NCBI GenBank assembly: GCA_902584215.1
Contig: CACHYW010000004.1
Span: 1 to 55,361, forward strand
From: an uncultured Pelagibacteraceae bacterium
GTDB lineage: Bacteria > Pseudomonadota > Alphaproteobacteria > Pelagibacterales > AG-422-B15
Direction of reading: 5' to 3'
Length of the DNA: 55,361 bases
The notes under the pieces: model-generated
What the model saw: the letters and a program-made list of their open reading frames with translations, nothing else
What the model was told of the DNA's origin: nothing
Database searches by the model: none
Translations under genes and position numbers: made by a program
Shown here: piece after piece, positions 49,980-55,361 of the stretch
Layout: the number at the start of each line of letters is the position of its first letter
Position numbering within the stretch: the stretch's first letter is position 1

Positions 49980-50597
49980 ATGACAAAACGAATAGCACAA
50001 AAACACAAAATCGATAGACGTCTAAGTGTTAACCTATGGGGAAGACCCAAAAGCCCGTTTAATTTAAGAAAATACAGACCTGGCCAACATGGACAGAAGC
50101 ATACTGGAAAACTATCTGACTATGGTGTTCAGTTGCATGCTAAGCAAAAATTAAAAGGCTATTATGGCAACCTAAATGAAAGACAATTCCGTAATTGTTA
50201 TAAAGAGGCCATCAGACAAAAGGGTGACTCAGGAGAAAATTTAATTGCGCTTCTAGAAAGAAGATTAGATACGATTGTCTATCGTTCAAAGTTTGTCCCA
50301 ACTGTTTTTGCAGCACGACAATTCATCAATCATGGTCATGTCAAAGTAAATGGTAAAAGAGTAAATATTTCAAGCTATCGTGTTACTGAAGGTGATATCA
50401 TTGAAGTTAAAGATAAGTCTAAAGAAATGGCGATTGTTGTTGAAGCAATGAAAAGTCAAGAGCGTGATATTCCAGGCTATATTGCTGTTGATGAAAAGAA
50501 ATGTTCATCAACGTTTATTCGCACACCTCAGTTTGCTGAAGTTCCATATGCAACGCAGATGGATCCAAAACTAGTTATCGAGTATTATTCTCGATAA
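49980..50597 (+). CDS. rpsD: 30S ribosomal protein S4
   Basis: PGQHG, SDYG.QL.AKQK, LERRLD, AARQ..NHGH and IEYYSR motifs. Confidence 0.98.
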   Translation: MTKRIAQKHKIDRRLSVNLWGRPKSPFNLRKYRPGQHGQKHTGKLSDYGVQLHAKQKLKGYYGNLNERQFRNCYKEAIRQKGDSGENLIALLERRLDTIVYRSKFVPTVFAARQFINHGHVKVNGKRVNISSYRVTEGDIIEVKDKSKEMAIVVEAMKSQERDIPGYIAVDEKKCSSTFIRTPQFAEVPYATQMDPKLVIEYYSR

Positions 50598-50604
50598 ATC
50601 TCAA

Positions 50605-51711
50605 ATGAGTGCATCGCACTTTTTTTCAAAAGATTACTTTCAAGCACGAGATAGATTCATTAAGTCTATTAATGAACTGAAGGGTCAAGGTCACCAAGTT
50701 AGTCATGATGTACTTACTTTAGATTGCATAGGACCTAATCAAAAAAATCTTTGCATCGATATTGCAACTATTGGGTCAATCGATAACGATAATCTATTAC
50801 TATACAGTTCTGGCATTCATGGTGTTGAGGGATTTGCAGGTTCAGCTATTCAATTATCAGTTTTAGATCATCTCAAAAACGCCAATCCAATTACTGATTA
50901 TTGTATAGTTTTAATTCATATCATTAACCCCTATGGCATGGCATGGCACAGAAGGGTGAATGAAAATAATGTTGATATGAACAGAAACTTTATAAAGGAT
51001 CATCAAGGTGAACCTGAAGGATATGAGAAAATAGATACTTTCTTAAACCCCAAGAGTATTCCAACAAAATTAGATATTATGTTTTTGCCTCGGGGTATTA
51101 GTTTATTGATGAAGTATGGGTTCACCAATGTGAAGCAATGGTTTGCACAGGGGCAATATACAAGACCACAGAGTTTACAATATGGCGGCGATACACTTCA
51201 ACAGGGACCTAAGATGATTTTAGATTGGCTGAAAAAAAATCTTAATAATACAAAAAAGGTTTTTGGTATAGATTTACATACTGGATTAGGCAAATCAGGA
51301 TATGACACCATACTTGTGCCTGATGATATCGAAGAAGATAAATATAATATACTAGTTTCACTTTTTGGTGATCATGTATCTCCACTTGATCCAACACAAG
51401 GAGTGGGTTACCGAATAACAGGAGATATTCACTCAGGTATAGTAAAAGAATTTTCATCAATTGAGTGGTTAACAATCACCCAAGAGTTTGGAACATTTGG
51501 TCCTACAACTGTTTTCAAAAATTTAAGGGCTGAAAATAGATGGACACAAAACAATCAATTGAATAATGAAAAAGATATAATGAATCATTGGAGTAGGAAA
51601 AATCTATTGAACACATTCAATCCAAACAACAAGCGTTGGCAGCAAGATCTAATCAGCAGGGGCAATACTGTCTTTAAGACTGTTCAGGAATATTTATCAA
51701 AGATCGATTAA
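50605..51711 (+). CDS. DUF2817 / M14-like zinc carboxypeptidase
   Basis: SGIHGVEG (HxxE), RRVNENNVDMNRNF, DLHTGLG and EFGT motifs. Confidence 0.85.
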   Translation: MSASHFFSKDYFQARDRFIKSINELKGQGHQVSHDVLTLDCIGPNQKNLCIDIATIGSIDNDNLLLYSSGIHGVEGFAGSAIQLSVLDHLKNANPITDYCIVLIHIINPYGMAWHRRVNENNVDMNRNFIKDHQGEPEGYEKIDTFLNPKSIPTKLDIMFLPRGISLLMKYGFTNVKQWFAQGQYTRPQSLQYGGDTLQQGPKMILDWLKKNLNNTKKVFGIDLHTGLGKSGYDTILVPDDIEEDKYNILVSLFGDHVSPLDPTQGVGYRITGDIHSGIVKEFSSIEWLTITQEFGTFGPTTVFKNLRAENRWTQNNQLNNEKDIMNHWSRKNLLNTFNPNNKRWQQDLISRGNTVFKTVQEYLSKID

Positions 51712-52037
51712 TCGTGGGCGATATTTTTTTCTTTTAATACCTCTGATAATTCACCAGTTTTATGCATATCTAATATAATGTCACAACCACCAATAAATTC
51801 TCCCTTTACATAAAGCTGAGGAATTGTTGGCCAATTTGTAAAATCTTTTATTCCTTGTCTTAATTCTTCACTTTCTAAAACATTAACGTCTTTATATTCT
51901 ATATTCATAAATGATAGGGCATTTACAACAGCATTAGAAAATCCGCATTCAGGTTGAACTTTGGTGCCTTTCATAAAAAGGACCACATCATTTTGATCAA
52001 CTATGTCTTTGATATTATTTTGTACTGTTTCATTCAT
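51708..52037 (-). CDS. grxD: Monothiol glutaredoxin Grx4
   Basis: LFMKG, CGFS, WPTIPQLY and GGCD motifs. Confidence 0.97.
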   Translation of the reverse strand: MNETVQNNIKDIVDQNDVVLFMKGTKVQPECGFSNAVVNALSFMNIEYKDVNVLESEELRQGIKDFTNWPTIPQLYVKGEFIGGCDIILDMHKTGELSEVLKEKNIAHD

Positions 52038-52059
52038 AACACTACAATTAACTGCTTTT

Positions 52060-52083
52060 AATATTTATTCAATAATAAATATT
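52060..52083. repeat. Perfect 10-bp inverted repeat between purL and grxD
   Basis: AATATTTATT-caat-AATAAATATT. Confidence 0.6.
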
Positions 52084-52115
52084 CTACAAAAAATTCCTAT
52101 AGTTCTGATTATTTA

Positions 52116-54320
52116 TTAATGAGATATCTGTTCAATGCTTGTTTCAAAACTGCGTTTCAATACAGAAACTTGTTCATCACCTATATTTTTAATACTGATT
52201 TTGTCTCCACCAACTATGCCTATTTTTTCAAAATGAACATCATTATTATTAGCTAATTTTTGGCATTCATCATAATTATTGGGACTTACTTCTAATAAAT
52301 AACGAGACTGATCTTCTGCAAAGAAATAGCCATGAGGAAAATCTGTTTCAATTTCTATTGTTATTCCAAGATTTCCTGACATACACATCTCCGATATAGC
52401 CACTAAAATACCTCCTTCTCCAACGTCATGTGCTGAAGCAATTAATTTTTGATTTATTGCATCCATTACAAAATTTCCATTTCTTAATTCAGCGTCTAAG
52501 TTAATTTCAGGTGTTCCGCCTTCCTCTTTAGATTGGATAATAGATATGTACTTTGAAGCGCCTAAGTGATTAGCTGTTTTCCCTACCACGCATAGAAAAT
52601 TACCATCTTCTTTTAATGAAAGAGTTTTTACATTTGATAAATCTTTGATTAACCCAACACCTCCTATAGCTGGTGTTGGATATATGCCTTCACCATTAGT
52701 TTCGTTATAGAGTGAGACGTTTCCTGAAACGACAGGATAGTTTAATTTTGAACAAGCATCGCCCATGCCTCGAATACATTCTACAAATTGTCCCATGATT
52801 TCAGGTTTTTCAGGGTTACCAAAGTTCATACAATCAGTAATAGCAATTGGTAGTGCGCCTGAAGCTATTATGTTTCTCCATGTTTCAACAACTGCATGTT
52901 TTCCACCTTCATAAGGGTTGTGTTTGCAATATACTGGAGAACAGTCTGTGCTCATGGCCAGACCTTTATTAGTTCCGTGAACGCGCACTACTGCTGCATC
53001 GGATCCAGGTCTTACCACAGTATCTGCCATGACCATATGATCATATTGTTCCCAGATCCATTTTCGGCTACTAAGATCGGGATGCATAATCATGGTATTT
53101 AAGTCCTTTAAAATATTATCTTGGTCGAAGTCTTCTGATTTGTATTCTTTAATTGGAGATGGTTTTTCAACAATGTAATCTCTTTGATATTCAGGAGCAT
53201 CTTCAACTAATATATTAATAGGTATACTGGCTTCTTCTTTGCCGTTCATCATGAGAATAAGTCTTTTTGTATCTGTTACTTTGCCAATCACTTCAAATTC
53301 AAGATCCCACTTCTTAAAAATATCTCTAGCCATTTCTTCTTTTAATGGATCAAGGACCATAAGCATGCGTTCTTGGCTTTCTGACAACATTAATTCGTAT
53401 GCTGACATATTTTGTGCACGCATTGGTACTTTTGAAAGATCAATTTCTAAACCCACATCACCTTTGGACGCCATTTCAATTGAAGAAGAAGTTAATCCAG
53501 CTGCCCCCATATCTTGAATTGCAATAATCGCTTCTTCTTTCATCAATTCGAGACAAGCTTCTAACAATAATTTCTCAGTGAATGGATCCCCAACCTGAAC
53601 TGTTGGCTTTTTATCTTCTGAGTCCTCGTCGAATTCAGCAGATGCCATGGTTGCACCGTGAATGCCATCACGTCCAGTCTTTGATCCTACATATACAACG
53701 GGGTTTCCAATTCCTGCCGCCGCAGAGTAAAAGATTTTGTCTTTCTTTGCGATCCCAACTGTCATGGCATTTACTAAAATATTGCCGTTGTATGAAGGAT
53801 GAAAATTGACTTCACCACCAACGGTCGGCACACCAATACAATTGCCATATCCACCAATACCACTGACAACGCCCGATAATAAATGTTTTGTTTTTGGATG
53901 GTTGGGTTCTCCAAATCTCAAGGCATTTAAATTAGCTACGGGGCGAGCACCCATTGTGAAGACATCTCGAAGTATCCCTCCAACTCCAGTAGCCGCACCT
54001 TGATATGGCTCAAGGAAAGAAGGGTGATTATGGCTTTCCATTTTAAAGACAGCAACATCTCCGTCATCAATATCAATCACTCCAGCATTTTCTCCTGGCC
54101 CTTGTACAACTCGTTCACCCGATGTTGGTAGTTTTTTGAGCCAAAATTTTGATGATTTATAAGAACAATGTTCATTCCACATAGCACTAAAGATGCCCAG
54201 TTCAGTAAGATTAGGTTCTCTTCCTAAGCCTTCTACTATTTTCTCAAATTCATCAAGTTTGAGACCATGATTTTCTACAAGAGACCGCTCTGTTTGAAAT
54301 TGCCAATTGTGGTTTGTCAT
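52116..54320 (-). CDS. purL: FGAM synthase subunit PurL
   Basis: [31 protein letters not shown] and SGNVSLYN motifs. Confidence 0.98.
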   Translation of the reverse strand: MTNHNWQFQTERSLVENHGLKLDEFEKIVEGLGREPNLTELGIFSAMWNEHCSYKSSKFWLKKLPTSGERVVQGPGENAGVIDIDDGDVAVFKMESHNHPSFLEPYQGAATGVGGILRDVFTMGARPVANLNALRFGEPNHPKTKHLLSGVVSGIGGYGNCIGVPTVGGEVNFHPSYNGNILVNAMTVGIAKKDKIFYSAAAGIGNPVVYVGSKTGRDGIHGATMASAEFDEDSEDKKPTVQVGDPFTEKLLLEACLELMKEEAIIAIQDMGAAGLTSSSIEMASKGDVGLEIDLSKVPMRAQNMSAYELMLSESQERMLMVLDPLKEEMARDIFKKWDLEFEVIGKVTDTKRLILMMNGKEEASIPINILVEDAPEYQRDYIVEKPSPIKEYKSEDFDQDNILKDLNTMIMHPDLSSRKWIWEQYDHMVMADTVVRPGSDAAVVRVHGTNKGLAMSTDCSPVYCKHNPYEGGKHAVVETWRNIIASGALPIAITDCMNFGNPEKPEIMGQFVECIRGMGDACSKLNYPVVSGNVSLYNETNGEGIYPTPAIGGVGLIKDLSNVKTLSLKEDGNFLCVVGKTANHLGASKYISIIQSKEEGGTPEINLDAELRNGNFVMDAINQKLIASAHDVGEGGILVAISEMCMSGNLGITIEIETDFPHGYFFAEDQSRYLLEVSPNNYDECQKLANNNDVHFEKIGIVGGDKISIKNIGDEQVSVLKRSFETSIEQISH

Positions 54321-54991
54321 TAATTTAAGATACTTTCAAAAATAGTCTTACCGTCTTCACATCCGTGTACCAACTCAGCAGCTCTTTCTGGGTGTGGCAT
54401 CATGCCTAATACATTTTTATTTTCATTAAGAATGCCAGCAATATTCTCAAGTGATCCATTAGGATTTGAATGTTCACTGATATTTCCATTTTCATCACAA
54501 TACTGGAAGGCTATTTGGTCGTTATCTTGAATTTTTTTTAATTGTTCAGAGGTTACAAAAAAATTACCTTCATTATGTGCTATTGGCATTTTCGCAACTT
54601 GAGTTTTTTTTGTGAATACTGAACTTTGATTTTTGGGCTTAATTAATATGTCTCTGCATATAAAGCTCAAACTACTATTTCTCATCAACGCACCATCTAA
54701 CAATCCACTTTCGATCAGAATTTGGAACCCGTTACAAATTCCCAATACAGGAACACCTTCTTTTGCCTTTTTTACAACATCTTGCATGATAGGAGATGTT
54801 GATGCCATGGCGCCACATCTCAAATAATCGCCGTAAGAGAACCCTCCTGGTACAACGATCAGATCCGATTGATTAATTGATGTTTCTTTGTGCCATATCA
54901 TTTGCGGTTGATGACCAGAAATATTTTTGATAGCTACCGCTACATCACGATCACAATTTGATCCTGGAAAAACGATAACGTGTGACTTCAT
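54320..54991 (-). CDS. purQ: FGAM synthase subunit PurQ
   Basis: [24 protein letters not shown] and MPHPER motifs. Confidence 0.98.
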   Translation of the reverse strand: MKSHVIVFPGSNCDRDVAVAIKNISGHQPQMIWHKETSINQSDLIVVPGGFSYGDYLRCGAMASTSPIMQDVVKKAKEGVPVLGICNGFQILIESGLLDGALMRNSSLSFICRDILIKPKNQSSVFTKKTQVAKMPIAHNEGNFFVTSEQLKKIQDNDQIAFQYCDENGNISEHSNPNGSLENIAGILNENKNVLGMMPHPERAAELVHGCEDGKTIFESILN

Positions 54992-54995
54992 TAAT

Positions 54996-55235
54996 TTAAT
55001 CTATCTCTACTTTATAATCTTCAATAACCAAGTTTGCCAAAAGCTTCTCGCACATTTCATTAATTTGTTTATTGGCTGATTCTTCATTTTCACTATCTAG
55101 TTTTATTTCAATATATTTACCTTGCCTGACATCCTCTATGTTATTGAAACCTAATGACTTGAGGGAATTTGCAATAACTGAGCCCTGGGGATCGAGAACG
55201 TCTTTTTTAAGTGTGATATAGATTTTGGCTAGCAT
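54996..55235 (-). CDS. purS: FGAM synthase subunit PurS
   Basis: VLDPQG, VRQGK and LLANLVIEDY motifs. Confidence 0.97.
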   Translation of the reverse strand: MLAKIYITLKKDVLDPQGSVIANSLKSLGFNNIEDVRQGKYIEIKLDSENEESANKQINEMCEKLLANLVIEDYKVEID

Positions 55236-55243
55236 TTAAACCC

Positions 55244-55360
55244 TTAATGCACGATTCCTAATCGTGAGGCAACCTCTTCATAGGCACCCATAAGGCTACC
55301 CAGGTTTCTTCTGAAAACGTCTTTATCTAGTTTCTGTTTTGATTTTATATCCCACAATCT
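55244..55360 (-). CDS. purC: SAICAR synthetase, C-terminal fragment (runs off window)
   Basis: Manual translation gives [38 protein letters not shown]; directly upstream of purS. Confidence 0.93.
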   Translation of the reverse strand, partial: RLWDIKSKQKLDKDVFRRNLGSLMGAYEEVASRLGIVH

Positions 55361-55361
55361 G

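Noticed and set aside
500-54827. Numerous 60-145-aa alternative ORFs in the track (e.g. 500-748, 4924-5298, 19464-19898, 25520-25840, 35749-36129, 53239-53517)
   Set aside because: They lie antisense or out of frame within confidently identified genes and show no recognisable motifs; typical shadow ORFs.
1-55361. tRNA, rRNA, CRISPR array, prophage, IS or defence system
   Set aside because: Intergenic gaps are almost all under 100 bp and show no cloverleaf, spaced direct repeats, integrase or transposase; nearly all CDS are recognisable metabolic or housekeeping genes.

Overview
Gene-dense, AT-rich (roughly 30-33% GC by eye) core chromosome of a streamlined Alphaproteobacterium. Gene order (lspA-DUF3035, msbA-DUF374-waaA-lpxK-lpxL, gph/glmU-glmS, nadE-gltX-cysS-cimA-trmJ-rpsD, purC-purS-purQ-purL-grxD) and tiny or negative intergenic gaps suggest a marine oligotroph such as SAR11/HIMB59-like (inference). 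About 50 CDS, mostly housekeeping: lipid A, purines, translation, cell wall. The standout element is a complete cobalamin riboswitch (~30229-30378) with a readable translational expression platform. It heads a TonB-dependent receptor (BtuB-like) and a 171-aa DUF6580-like membrane protein, together a candidate minimal B12 uptake system. Also notable: five acyl-CoA dehydrogenases (two heteromeric-type pairs, plus an ACAD10/11/LvaC-type enzyme near a stand-alone cognate kinase), an unannotated 55-aa ORF, long acidic tails on RpoZ and a DUF3035 lipoprotein, a shortened PGI, three consecutive zero-gap TAAATG junctions and several candidate leaderless promoters. No tRNA, rRNA, CRISPR or mobile element was seen. 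All calls come from motif recognition by eye; no searches were run.
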